Shown here: positions 9,404-19,177 of the stretch, piece after piece | Layout of the letters: each line of letters opens with the position of its first letter | Position numbering within the stretch: the first letter of the stretch is position 1 | Source: an uncultured Synergistales bacterium | Lineage (GTDB): Bacteria; Synergistota; Synergistia; Synergistales; Aminobacteriaceae | Length of the DNA: 64,000 bases | NCBI GenBank assembly: GCA_905233645.1 | Contig: CAJODZ010000001.1 | Span: 64,357 to 128,356 of the forward strand | Direction of reading: 5' to 3' | Notes under the pieces: generated by a model | Seen by the model: only the letters and a program-made list of their open reading frames with translations | Told to the model about the DNA's origin: nothing | Databases searched by the model: none | Program-made: the position numbers and the translations under genes

Positions 9404-9431
9404 TTACTATTGAAATATTAGATGCTAATAT
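9404..9431 (+). promoter_or_regulatory. Candidate sigma70-type promoter for aroD
   Basis: TTACTA, a 16-nt spacer, then TGcTAATAT (extended -10), about 60 nt upstream of the aroD ATG. Confidence 0.35.
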
Positions 9432-9489
9432 TTTTTGCGTCCTGCTTTTTAACATCAACACTATCAAATTTTGGAGGTATTTTTTAATT

Positions 9490-10260
9490 ATGAAAAGCTT
9501 AACCGTACGTAACGTTGAAATCGGTGCAGGCGTTCCCAAAACAATCGTCCCTATCGTTGCAAAAACACGCGACGGCATTATTGATAAGGCTCGTGAAATT
9601 ACGACTTTTCCAGCTGATTGTGTTGAATGGCGCGCTGATTTCTATGAAGATTTACAAAAGCCCGAAGCCTTAGCTGCTACGTTAAAAGATTTACGCAAAA
9701 CACTCGGCAATATTCCTCTTCTCTTCACAATCAGAACTAAACCCGAAGGCGGAGAAATCGACATTGACCCTGCGAAATATACTGCTATAAATTTGGCTGT
9801 TGCTAAATCAGGCGATGCGGATATGGTTGACGTTGAAATGTGTAATACCGACGCTGTCATTAAAGAGAATATTGATGGTATTCACGCTGCTAAATGTCTC
9901 GTAATCGGTTCAAAGCATGATTTCAAAAAGACACCCGATAAAGCATTTATCATCGCAACGTTAAAAAAGGCTCAGGATTTTAATAGCGATATTTCAAAAA
10001 TTGCTGTTATGCCTAATTCAAATACTGATGTTGTTACGTTGTTAGACGCTTCTTCAGAGTTTTATGCGAAAATCGCCGACCGTCCGATTTTAACAATTTC
10101 AATGGGTGCTATCGGTATGATTTCGAGAATGGCTTGTGAACTTTCAGGCTCATGCATGACGTTTGGAGCAGCCGGTCAAGTTTCAGCTCCTGGTCAAATT
10201 CAGGTTAAAGATTTAAAAGACGCGCTCTCGTTAATTTATCGTTCAACTCACGGAGCATAA
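9490..10260 (+). CDS. aroD: 3-dehydroquinate dehydratase, type I
   Basis: The 256-aa product has the VEWRADFY motif and a …SKIAVMP… region containing the Schiff-base lysine context typical of type I DHQase. Confidence 0.9.
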   Translation: MKSLTVRNVEIGAGVPKTIVPIVAKTRDGIIDKAREITTFPADCVEWRADFYEDLQKPEALAATLKDLRKTLGNIPLLFTIRTKPEGGEIDIDPAKYTAINLAVAKSGDADMVDVEMCNTDAVIKENIDGIHAAKCLVIGSKHDFKKTPDKAFIIATLKKAQDFNSDISKIAVMPNSNTDVVTLLDASSEFYAKIADRPILTISMGAIGMISRMACELSGSCMTFGAAGQVSAPGQIQVKDLKDALSLIYRSTHGA

Positions 10261-10295
10261 ATCACAATTTTTTAGTCATAATTTATAAAATTTGC

Positions 10296-10346
10296 GCTGG
10301 CCGTAGTATTTTTATCGCTACTCATGGCCAGCTTCGTTTTATTTTT
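10296..10346 (+). terminator. Rho-independent terminator after aroD
   Basis: GCTGGCCGTAGTA…TACTCATGGCCAGC hairpin followed by TTCGTTTTATTTTT. Confidence 0.6.
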
Positions 10347-10433
10347 GGTGGAAATGTTCATCAAAACTTTTGCTATAATAAATCAAAATCCGTTCAGCAG
10401 AATTACTTTCCAAAATTACAAAATATCATTGAG

Positions 10434-10532
10434 TTTTGCAACTACGTTTACCACTACAAAAAAGCTTTTAAAGATTTAACAGCCACAAAATTTTTTAACA
10501 CATAGAGTTTGAAACAAAGTGTTAAATTTTTT
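10434..10532 (-). repeat. Intergenic ~100-nt dispersed repeat, copy 2 (reverse orientation)
   Basis: The reverse complement reads AAAAAATTTAACACTTTGTTTCAAA…AAAAGCTTTTTTGTAGTGGTAAACGTAGTTGCAA. Confidence 0.85.
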
Positions 10533-10663
10533 ACGGGTACTTTTTAAAATTTTTCACGTAAAATTTTTTAAACCCTTTGTCATAAAAATAATACAAAAAA
10601 TAATACGACACCGGCTCAATATTTTTAATTCAGTCGATGTCGCACAGAAAGTTTTTGATTTTA

Positions 10664-13600
10664 TTATTTTTTTGCGTGAGTTAAATACTCTTTTGAAAAT
10701 ATTGTTTTAAATTTTGGCAAGAACGCTTTAAAATCGCTCAATATATTTTTAGCTTTACGCGAATTAGTTCGTTGTGCGTGCATTTGAAGTAATATGTATA
10801 GCTCTTCTTCCTGTTCGGGGTTAATCTCATCAAGATGGACAAGTTCGCTGTTAATGTTCTCACTTATTTTATTGTCTTCGTCTAAAATCCAAGCAATACC
10901 GCCCGACATTCCAGCCCCGAAATTTTCACCGATTGAACCTAATACAACAACACGTCCGCCAGTCATGTATTCACAGCCATGGTCGCCTACACCCTCAACT
11001 ACAGCACAAGCACCGGAGTTACGAACAGCAAATCTCTCACCGGCAACACCAGCTATAAAAGCATAACCGCTCGTCGCGCCGTAAAGTGCTACGTTGCCTA
11101 TTAACGTGTCTTCAGCATTCCAAACAGCATCAGCAGGAGGACAAACCGTTAAAACACCGCCGGATAATCCTTTGCCTAAATAATCATTTGCAACACCGTA
11201 TAAAGTTATCTCTTGGCCTGCTGGTAAAAATGCTCCGAACGATTGACCGCCGCAGCCCTGAGCCTGTATATTACGTTCACCTTTTAATAACGTTCCGAAC
11301 GCTCTATCCGTTGTGGTTAATTGAACATGATTTTGTATTAGTCTCGCGTCCGTGCGTTCATATAATTTAAAATCGTGCTTAGTGTCTGGCTGAAAATGTG
11401 TGTTACGCGCAAAATTTATTAAATCTGATAAATCCATTTCAGCTCTGCCGTTCATCTTCAAGAGGTCGCTGCGCCCAACAAGTTCATTTAATTTTCTAGC
11501 ACCTAACTTAGAAATTATTTCGCGCAGCTGTTCAGCAATAAATAACATGAAGCGTTCAACGTATTCAGGTTTACCGATAAAACGTTTACGCAAATCTTCT
11601 CTTTGTGTAGCAATTCCGTAAGGGCAAGTCCCTAAATGACAGACACGCGCCATTTTGCAACCCATTGTTACAAGCGGTGCTGTTGCAAAACTAAATTCTT
11701 CAGCTCCAAGTAATAACGCTACTGCTACATCATGGCCGGTCATTAACTTTCCGTCGGTTTCTAACGTAACTGTTTGACGCAAACGATTTCGGCATAAAAC
11801 TTGATGAGTTTCGGCTAATCCAATCTCCCAAGGCAAGCCAACATGATGAATGCTGCTCATCGGTGCTGCTCCTGTTCCGCCTTCACCGCCTGAAATTAAA
11901 ATTCCTCCAGCCCCAGCCTTTGCGACACCGCTTGCTATTGTTCCTACTCCGATTGACGAAACAAGTTTAACCGTAATTTTTGCGTCCTCGTTTGAGCATT
12001 GCAAGTCGTAAATTAACTCGGCTAAATCTTCGATTGAATAAATATCATGATGAGGCGGCGGCGATATTAAAGATATTCCGGGCGTTGAACAACGGGTTTT
12101 AGCTATGCTTTCAGTAACTTTTGCTCCTGGTAAATGGCCTCCTTCGCCTGGCTTTGCGCCTTGACCCATTTTAATTTGAATTTCTTTCGCAGATAACAAA
12201 TATTCACGAGTTACTCCGAAACGCCCCGAAGCAACCTGTTTAATTTTTGAATTTAACTCCGTCCCGTAACGTTCTGCAAGTTCTCCCCCCTCTCCGCTGT
12301 TACTCATTCCGCCTAATTTATTCATAGCAAGAGCCATGCACTCGTGCGCTTCCTGTGAAATTGAACCGTAAGACATAGCACCAGTTCTAAAACGTTTTAC
12401 AATTTCAGAGGCCGGTTCAACTTCATCAAGCGGAACAGGTTTACACAAATCATAGCGAAAATCTAACATTGAACGAATTGTGCGCGGGCCTTCGTTTTTA
12501 ATTAAGTCTGCGTACTCGTCAAATAATTTTTTATCATTTGTCCATACTGCCTGCTGTAACATCTCAATTACTTTCGGCGTATATAAATGCTCTTCGGTAT
12601 CATCGCCGGCAAAAAATTTATGTTTACCAATACGAGCAAGAATATTTTTATCATCTTCATTTGAATTTTCAAACGCGCTCTCGTGATAATATCTGTAATC
12701 GGCCTCAACTGATGATAAATCTTTTCCGCCCAATGATGCAGGAGTATTCGTAAAATATTTTTCGACAAATTGTTTTTCAAGCCCTATGCTCTCAAAAAGT
12801 TGTGCGCTTTGATAAGCCTGTAAAGTTGATACTCCCATTTTAGACGCAATTTTTAAAACTCCGGCGGTTAAAGCTCTGTCATAATTTTTAATATGTTCGT
12901 CTGGATTTTCAGGAAATAATTTTTTAATGCACTCGTGAGCTAAATACGGATTTACAGCACGCGCACCAAAGGCTATTAACATCGCTAACTGATGAGTATC
13001 ACGAGGTTCACCGCTTTCAAGAACTACCGAAACAGCCGTACGCTTTTTAATGTGAATTAAGTGTTGCTCTAACGCTGAAACGGCCAATAATGACGGTATA
13101 GCAAAATAATTTTTATCCATGCCCCTATCAGACAGAATTAAAATATTTACGCTGTTTTTGCAAGCTTCATCACACGAATTAAAAAATACGTCCATAGCAT
13201 TTTTTAAACGCTTTCCGACTGGATATAGCAACGACACAACCCTAACTTTAAAAGCAGGGTGATTGATAGCTTTGATACTTGCGAGTTCGTTTTCCGTGAG
13301 TACTGGTGCTGGCAATTCTAAAACGGTGCAGTTATCGGGGTTGTGTGATAATAAATTTCCATCATCGCCGACATAAATCGAACAATCTGTTTTACAGGCT
13401 TCGCGTAACGCGTCAATCGGAGGATTAGTAACCTGCGCAAATCTTTGTTTGAAATAATCATATAACGGCGGATGAGCATTCGATAAAGCGGCTAACGGCT
13501 CATCAGCTCCCATTGAGGCAATAGGTTCAGTCCCTTTCATAGCCATTGGGCGCAAAATTTCTTGAATATCCTCATGAGTATAACCGAAAGCTTTGCATAA

Positions 13601-14965
13601 CTGCTGAACGTTATTTATTTCATTTGAGCAGTTAACTTTCTGCAAATCGTTCAAGTTAATAATATTTTTAGTCCATTCGCTGTAAGGATATTGATTTGCA
13701 AAATGCTTTTTAATTTCCGCGCTCTCTAATAATTTCCCGTTACTCAAATCCGCCATAAGAACATCACCGGCTTTTAATTTCCAGCGTCTGCGGATATGAG
13801 CATTCTCCTCAAATAACACTCCCGCTTCAGACGACAAAATTAACCGTTTATCATCAGTCAAAGCACAACGCAAAGGACGCAGGCCGTTACGGTCTAATGA
13901 CGCACAAACGCAGTCCCCGTCAGAATATAAAATTGCCGCAGGCCCGTCCCACGCTTCCATCATTGTCGAATAATAACGATACAAACCGCGCCATTCATTA
14001 AATTTATTTTGGCCTTGTGAAGGTTCGGGCAATAAAATCATTCCTGCTAACGGCAACGGGAAACCGTTCATCGCTAAAAATTCTAACGTGTTGTCTAACA
14101 TCTGCGAGTCGCTTCCGTCCGGAATAACAACAGGTAACACACGCCGCATCTCATCGCCCATAATTTCGGATTTCATAGTCTCTTCACGGGCTTTCATACG
14201 GTCATGATTTCCACGAATAGTATTTATTTCGCCGTTGTGTAATAAAAATCTTTGCGGATGAGCTTTTGACCAGCTAGGAAAAGTGTTAGTCGAAAATCTC
14301 GAATGTACCATTGCCATTTGAGATACATAGCGGACGTCCTGCAAATCATCATAAAATGAACGTAACTGATTTGCTAACATCATTCCTTTATAAACGACCG
14401 TGCGGCACGACAACGAACAAATATATGTATCAGTGTCCTGTTTTTCAAATAATCTTCGTAAAATATATAACCGGCGGTCAAAATCAAGCCCCCTTTTTAC
14501 GTTAAGAGGGCGTTTTAAAAAACATTGCTTGATTTGAGGCATTGAACGTCTTGCACCAGCACCAAGCTGAACAGGATGACAGGGAACATTACGCCAGCCC
14601 AAAATTACAAAGCCTTCCGAAACAGCAAGCTGTTCAAAAATTCTACAAATATTTTGTACTCCGACTTCATCTTGAGGCAAAAAGAACATTCCAACGCCGT
14701 AATCTCCGGGATTGCCTAAAATAATGCCTTCCTCTTCAGCCCATGATAAATATAATTTGTGCGGAAGCTGAGTTATTATTCCTACGCCGTCGCCGGTCGT
14801 GCCGAGTGTATCGCTCCCCGCTCTGTGTGCTAAACGTTCGACTATGGTTAAGGCTTGGTCGACTGTTCTGTGAGTAGCCTTGCCGTTTAAATCAACGACA
14901 GCACCAACGCCGCAGGCTTCATGTTCAAATTCAGGACGATATAACGGGTAATCAGGGTCATACAT
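10664..14965 (-). CDS. gltB: Glutamate synthase large subunit (all four GltB domains fused)
   Basis: The 1433-aa product has an Ntn amidotransferase start (…EHEA-CGVGAV), a central domain, an FMN/Fe-S domain (…GGTGAAP…, CxxxxxC…C) and a C-terminal GXGXG beta-helix domain. No gltD is adjacent. Confidence 0.9.
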   Translation of the reverse strand: MYDPDYPLYRPEFEHEACGVGAVVDLNGKATHRTVDQALTIVERLAHRAGSDTLGTTGDGVGIITQLPHKLYLSWAEEEGIILGNPGDYGVGMFFLPQDEVGVQNICRIFEQLAVSEGFVILGWRNVPCHPVQLGAGARRSMPQIKQCFLKRPLNVKRGLDFDRRLYILRRLFEKQDTDTYICSLSCRTVVYKGMMLANQLRSFYDDLQDVRYVSQMAMVHSRFSTNTFPSWSKAHPQRFLLHNGEINTIRGNHDRMKAREETMKSEIMGDEMRRVLPVVIPDGSDSQMLDNTLEFLAMNGFPLPLAGMILLPEPSQGQNKFNEWRGLYRYYSTMMEAWDGPAAILYSDGDCVCASLDRNGLRPLRCALTDDKRLILSSEAGVLFEENAHIRRRWKLKAGDVLMADLSNGKLLESAEIKKHFANQYPYSEWTKNIINLNDLQKVNCSNEINNVQQLCKAFGYTHEDIQEILRPMAMKGTEPIASMGADEPLAALSNAHPPLYDYFKQRFAQVTNPPIDALREACKTDCSIYVGDDGNLLSHNPDNCTVLELPAPVLTENELASIKAINHPAFKVRVVSLLYPVGKRLKNAMDVFFNSCDEACKNSVNILILSDRGMDKNYFAIPSLLAVSALEQHLIHIKKRTAVSVVLESGEPRDTHQLAMLIAFGARAVNPYLAHECIKKLFPENPDEHIKNYDRALTAGVLKIASKMGVSTLQAYQSAQLFESIGLEKQFVEKYFTNTPASLGGKDLSSVEADYRYYHESAFENSNEDDKNILARIGKHKFFAGDDTEEHLYTPKVIEMLQQAVWTNDKKLFDEYADLIKNEGPRTIRSMLDFRYDLCKPVPLDEVEPASEIVKRFRTGAMSYGSISQEAHECMALAMNKLGGMSNSGEGGELAERYGTELNSKIKQVASGRFGVTREYLLSAKEIQIKMGQGAKPGEGGHLPGAKVTESIAKTRCSTPGISLISPPPHHDIYSIEDLAELIYDLQCSNEDAKITVKLVSSIGVGTIASGVAKAGAGGILISGGEGGTGAAPMSSIHHVGLPWEIGLAETHQVLCRNRLRQTVTLETDGKLMTGHDVAVALLLGAEEFSFATAPLVTMGCKMARVCHLGTCPYGIATQREDLRKRFIGKPEYVERFMLFIAEQLREIISKLGARKLNELVGRSDLLKMNGRAEMDLSDLINFARNTHFQPDTKHDFKLYERTDARLIQNHVQLTTTDRAFGTLLKGERNIQAQGCGGQSFGAFLPAGQEITLYGVANDYLGKGLSGGVLTVCPPADAVWNAEDTLIGNVALYGATSGYAFIAGVAGERFAVRNSGACAVVEGVGDHGCEYMTGGRVVVLGSIGENFGAGMSGGIAWILDEDNKISENINSELVHLDEINPEQEEELYILLQMHAQRTNSRKAKNILSDFKAFLPKFKTIFSKEYLTHAKK

Positions 14966-14992
14966 TTAAAATTCACCGCTCATATTTATTAT

Positions 14993-17122
14993 TTATACAG
15001 AGAATGAAAGCAAATTACGATAAATCGGGTACGGCCATAAATCAGCGTCAATTAATAATTCTACAGCGTCGCTCTTTGCTCTGACAGCGTCCATATGAGG
15101 AATTACTGTCCCTGATAAAAAGTCTGCACGTTCTCTCGTTTCCATGCCTGCTAATTTGCCTTTTAATTCATGTAAATGTTTCGCGTCTTTTATAAGAGCT
15201 GCTTTGACATGACCAAGACCGCCAGCAAAATCTTTCAAAATATCTAGGTCGGCCTCATCAATTTTTACACCGTCAAGCGCACTCAAAGATTTTTTCTCAA
15301 GCACTAACTGTTTTGAAACCGCCGGTATAATTCCCTCCCATAACATATCAAATAAAACAGCCGCTTCAACCTCAAGACCAGTAGCAAAACTTTCCATTCT
15401 TATTGAACATAAATTTTCAAGCTCATGGCCTTTATAAACTCCTAGTTCTTCGAGTATTGCTTTATTTTCGGGTTTTAATAATAACGCAATTTTCTCCGGC
15501 ATAGTTTCAGCTTCAATTAAACCTCTGCGTTTCGCTTCAGCCTGCCACTCTGGAGTATAAGCATCGCCCTCAAATAAAATACTGCTTCCCTCGCGGACAG
15601 CCTCTTTTACTGCGTCAAGTGCAATTTCTAACGGGTCTTTGCCTGAATTTGATTTAGCCTCAATCTTTTTCGTAAGCTGTTCAATTCCCCAAGCCCATAA
15701 AGACGCAAACATCGTTACAGGCAATGCAATAGACTGAGAAGAACCAGGAGCGCGGAACTCAAATTTATCACCTGTAAACGCTACGGGCGAAGTTCTGTTT
15801 CTGTCGCTGTCAAATGCTGTTATAGAAGGTAATTTCGTTAAGCCCAAATCCATCGTACTTTTTGTCGGCATTGAAACATCAGCATTCTCAATTCTGTGCA
15901 GTAAATCAGTAAGAGCAGAGCCAAGATAAACGCTTATAATTGACGGCGGTGCTTCATGTCCTCCAAGTCTGAATAAATTTCCATAAGTAGCGATCGAAGC
16001 TTGTAACAGGCTGTGAAATTTCGATACACCAAGCACAACAGAGGCCAAGAACGTTAAAAATATTATGTTGCGTTTTTGATTGTTAGACGGCTTTAATAAG
16101 TTATGACCTTCGCTGTCAACGAGTGAAATATTTGTATGTTTGCCGCTCCCGTTCATCCCGTCAAAGGGCTTCTCATGAAATAACAAACGTAAATCATGCT
16201 GGCGGGCTAACTTTCTCATGACTTCCATTAAAATTTGGTTCTGGTCGCAAGCGGTGTTAGCGTCTGAATATAAATGCGCAAATTCAAACTGACAGCGTGC
16301 TACTTCATTATGACGGGTTATTAACGATACGCCTATCCTTGCTAAATCGCGCTCAACGTCTTCCATGTAAGCTAAGACACGTGCGGGAATTGCTCCAAAA
16401 TAATGATGGTCAAGCTTCTGGTCTTTAGCCGGCTGTGCCCCTAATAAAGTACGTCCGCAAAATCTGATGTCCGGTCTTAACTGCGCTCTAGGTCTGTCCA
16501 GTAAGAAAAATTCCTGTTCCGCCCCTACGGTCATATGAACCCAGTCAACACTATTTTCGCCAAAGATTTTTAATAATCTCATTGAACGTTTTTCTAATGC
16601 GTCAACGGCTCTTAACAACGGCGTTTTCAAATCTAAAGGCGTTCCGTCGTACGATAAAAATACCGAAGGAATGCAAAGCGTACCGCCCTTAGGAGTTTTC
16701 ACGATAAAAGCAGGACTGCTGATATCCCAAGCACTATAACCGCGAGCCTCAAATGTTGACCTGTTGCCGGCTGAAGGAAAACTCGAAGCGTCCGGCTCAC
16801 CCTGAACTAAATGATGTCCCCTGAAAACTTCAATCGGACAACCTTCGTCATCAGCTGTTGTAAAAACTTGATGCTTCTCGGCTGTATGTTCGCTCATCGG
16901 CTGAAACCAATGGCTCCAATGCGTAGCACCGTTAGCAATAGCCCAGTCTTTCATAGCACCGGCTACAACTTCTGCGACTGCCGGCTCAAGTTTGCTGCGT
17001 CCTTCCATAGCTTCGACGACCTGCTTATAAACATCGGGGTTTAATCTCTCTTTCATGGCACGTTTATCGAAAATCATCGAGCCGAAAATTTCTTTCATAG
17101 TTGCATATTTTTTATCACTCAT
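14993..17122 (-). CDS. glnN: Glutamine synthetase type III
   Basis: The 709-aa length and an N-terminal domain of GSIII type fit the family (Bacteroides GlnN is of similar size, as I recall). A catalytic-domain segment is …NGSGKHTNISL…. Only 27 nt separate it from gltB. Confidence 0.9.
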   Translation of the reverse strand: MSDKKYATMKEIFGSMIFDKRAMKERLNPDVYKQVVEAMEGRSKLEPAVAEVVAGAMKDWAIANGATHWSHWFQPMSEHTAEKHQVFTTADDEGCPIEVFRGHHLVQGEPDASSFPSAGNRSTFEARGYSAWDISSPAFIVKTPKGGTLCIPSVFLSYDGTPLDLKTPLLRAVDALEKRSMRLLKIFGENSVDWVHMTVGAEQEFFLLDRPRAQLRPDIRFCGRTLLGAQPAKDQKLDHHYFGAIPARVLAYMEDVERDLARIGVSLITRHNEVARCQFEFAHLYSDANTACDQNQILMEVMRKLARQHDLRLLFHEKPFDGMNGSGKHTNISLVDSEGHNLLKPSNNQKRNIIFLTFLASVVLGVSKFHSLLQASIATYGNLFRLGGHEAPPSIISVYLGSALTDLLHRIENADVSMPTKSTMDLGLTKLPSITAFDSDRNRTSPVAFTGDKFEFRAPGSSQSIALPVTMFASLWAWGIEQLTKKIEAKSNSGKDPLEIALDAVKEAVREGSSILFEGDAYTPEWQAEAKRRGLIEAETMPEKIALLLKPENKAILEELGVYKGHELENLCSIRMESFATGLEVEAAVLFDMLWEGIIPAVSKQLVLEKKSLSALDGVKIDEADLDILKDFAGGLGHVKAALIKDAKHLHELKGKLAGMETRERADFLSGTVIPHMDAVRAKSDAVELLIDADLWPYPIYRNLLSFSV

Positions 17123-17270
17123 TGCAGAGCCTCCTAAATTTTAAGCAATAATTTTTCAAAAAAATCTGCTTATTTCGCGCAAAGAATATTATAAATTTAA
17201 AAAATTGTCAATAAAATCAAAATAATTATTCAATTTAAGCAGATAAATACTAAAAAATTTCGCCCGCCGC

Positions 17271-17298
17271 TTGACTGAAAAATTTTGAATGCTAAAAT
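17271..17298 (+). promoter_or_regulatory. Strong sigma70-type promoter for the amt-PII/carAB transcription unit
   Basis: TTGACT (17271-17276), a 16-nt spacer, then TGcTAAAAT (extended -10, hexamer 17293-17298). Confidence 0.55.
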
Positions 17299-17433
17299 CT
17301 ACCGCAATTTTTGCAGTTATTTTTATAAAATTTCTGCTTAATTATTAAAATTTAATGCTTATCATGAAAAATATTTTTACTTTTTTGCTGATATTTAATC
17401 ATTATAAGCAAAATGAAAGTTAAGGTGTATTGA

Positions 17434-19167
17434 ATGACAGTCGAATTTTGGTTTTTAATAGGCGCGGCGTTAGTGTTCTGGATGCAGGCCGGATTTGCTA
17501 TGGTTGAAACAGGTTTTACACGTGCTAAGAACGCCGGAAATATAATCATGAAAAATTTAATGGACTTTTGTATCGGCACGGTAGTATTTTCGATTTTGGG
17601 TTATACGCTGATGATGGGTGAAGACAGTTTTTACGGGCTAATAGGCAAACCGAATTTTGATTTATTCACAAATTTTAAAGAATTTACCGCTTCGCCGTCA
17701 GAAGGTTTTACAAGCGCGAGCTATTTCGTTTTTAACTTGGTATTCTGCGCAACAACAGCAACTATAGTTTCAGGAGCAATGGCGGAACGTACAAAATTTT
17801 CAGCGTACTGCGTTTATTCTGGAGTAATTTCGCTGGTCATTTACCCGATTGAAGCACATTGGATTTGGGGCGGCGGCTGGCTTAGTAAAATGGGCTTTCA
17901 CGATTATGCAGGCTCGTGCGCTATTCACATGGTAGGCGGGATTGCGGCACTAATAGGAGCGGCGGTTTTGGGTGCGCGTATCGGAAAGTATATTAAAAAT
18001 AAGGACGGCAAAATCACGAGAGTTAATGCTATTCCTGGACATTCGATACCGTTAGGCGCGTTAGGAGTATTTATTCTCTGGCTTGGCTGGTACGGCTTTA
18101 ACGGTGCGGCGGCTACTTCTCCTTCTGAATTATCGTCAATATTTTTAACGACAACTATTGCGCCCTCTGTTGCAACGTGTACGACTATGATTTATACATG
18201 GATTAAAAACGGCAAGCCCGATGTCTCAATGTGTTTAAACGCCGCTTTAGCCGGTCTGGTCGGAATTACGGCTGGCTGTGATGCTGTTGACGCTTTAGGA
18301 ACTACAGTCGTAGGAATTATCTCAGGAATTTTAGTCGTAATTACGGTCGAAGTTTTAGATTTAAAATTTCATGTTGATGACCCTGTCGGCGCGGTTGGAG
18401 TTCACATGGTAAACGGTATCTGGGGAACTTTAGCAGTAGGACTTTTAGCAAACCCCGACGCTCCTGCTGGACTTAACGGACTATTTTACACGGGAAGTTT
18501 TGAGCTGTTAAAAATTCAGTTTATCGGCTTTGCGTCCGTTGCAGGCTGGGCGGCTGTAACGATGTTTATATTCTTTAAGATTTTAAAGGCCATGAACTTT
18601 TTACGCGCTGAACCTGCTGATGAGTTAATCGGACTTGATATCAGCGAACATGGTTTACCGAGTGCTTATGCTGATTTTATGCCGTCCGTTGATAAATATG
18701 CTGAGTTCGCAACAAGTGAGCCAATCACAGCAGTAACAGGGACAGTCCCAGTTGCTGAAGCAATACCGGTGAAGCGCGAGCCGTCTTTTGACAAAGAGCA
18801 TAAATTTACGAAGGTCGAAATTATTTTCAAAGAGGAGAAACTTTACGCACTAAAAGACGCTATGAATAAACTAGGCATAACCGGAATGACAGTGTCGCAT
18901 GTTATGGGTTACGGCATTCAAAAAGGTTACACGGAATTTTACAGGGGCGTCGCGGTTGAAACAGATTTAAGGCCGAAAGTCCAGGTCGATATCGTTGTAA
19001 GTGCTATCCCTGTAAGACACGTAATCGAAACGGCTAAAAAAGTTTTGTACACTGGACACGCCGGCGACGGGAAAATTTTTGTTTACGACGTTGAAAATGT
19101 AGTTAAAGTCCGTACCGGTGAAGAGGGCTTCGACGCATTACAGGATAACGACGACGAAAATTTATAA
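17434..19167 (+). CDS. amt: Ammonium transporter (Amt) fused in frame to a C-terminal P-II (GlnB/GlnK-like) domain
   Basis: The first ~410 aa have Amt motifs (FWMQAGFAMVETG, AVHMVGGIAAL, HGLPSAY). The last ~115 aa align with P-II proteins (GITGMTVSHVMGYGIQKG…YRG…PKVQVDIVV…GDGKIFVYDV…VRTGEEG). There is no stop codon between the two parts. Confidence 0.9.
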   Translation: MTVEFWFLIGAALVFWMQAGFAMVETGFTRAKNAGNIIMKNLMDFCIGTVVFSILGYTLMMGEDSFYGLIGKPNFDLFTNFKEFTASPSEGFTSASYFVFNLVFCATTATIVSGAMAERTKFSAYCVYSGVISLVIYPIEAHWIWGGGWLSKMGFHDYAGSCAIHMVGGIAALIGAAVLGARIGKYIKNKDGKITRVNAIPGHSIPLGALGVFILWLGWYGFNGAAATSPSELSSIFLTTTIAPSVATCTTMIYTWIKNGKPDVSMCLNAALAGLVGITAGCDAVDALGTTVVGIISGILVVITVEVLDLKFHVDDPVGAVGVHMVNGIWGTLAVGLLANPDAPAGLNGLFYTGSFELLKIQFIGFASVAGWAAVTMFIFFKILKAMNFLRAEPADELIGLDISEHGLPSAYADFMPSVDKYAEFATSEPITAVTGTVPVAEAIPVKREPSFDKEHKFTKVEIIFKEEKLYALKDAMNKLGITGMTVSHVMGYGIQKGYTEFYRGVAVETDLRPKVQVDIVVSAIPVRHVIETAKKVLYTGHAGDGKIFVYDVENVVKVRTGEEGFDALQDNDDENL

Positions 19168-19177
19168 ATTATAAAAA

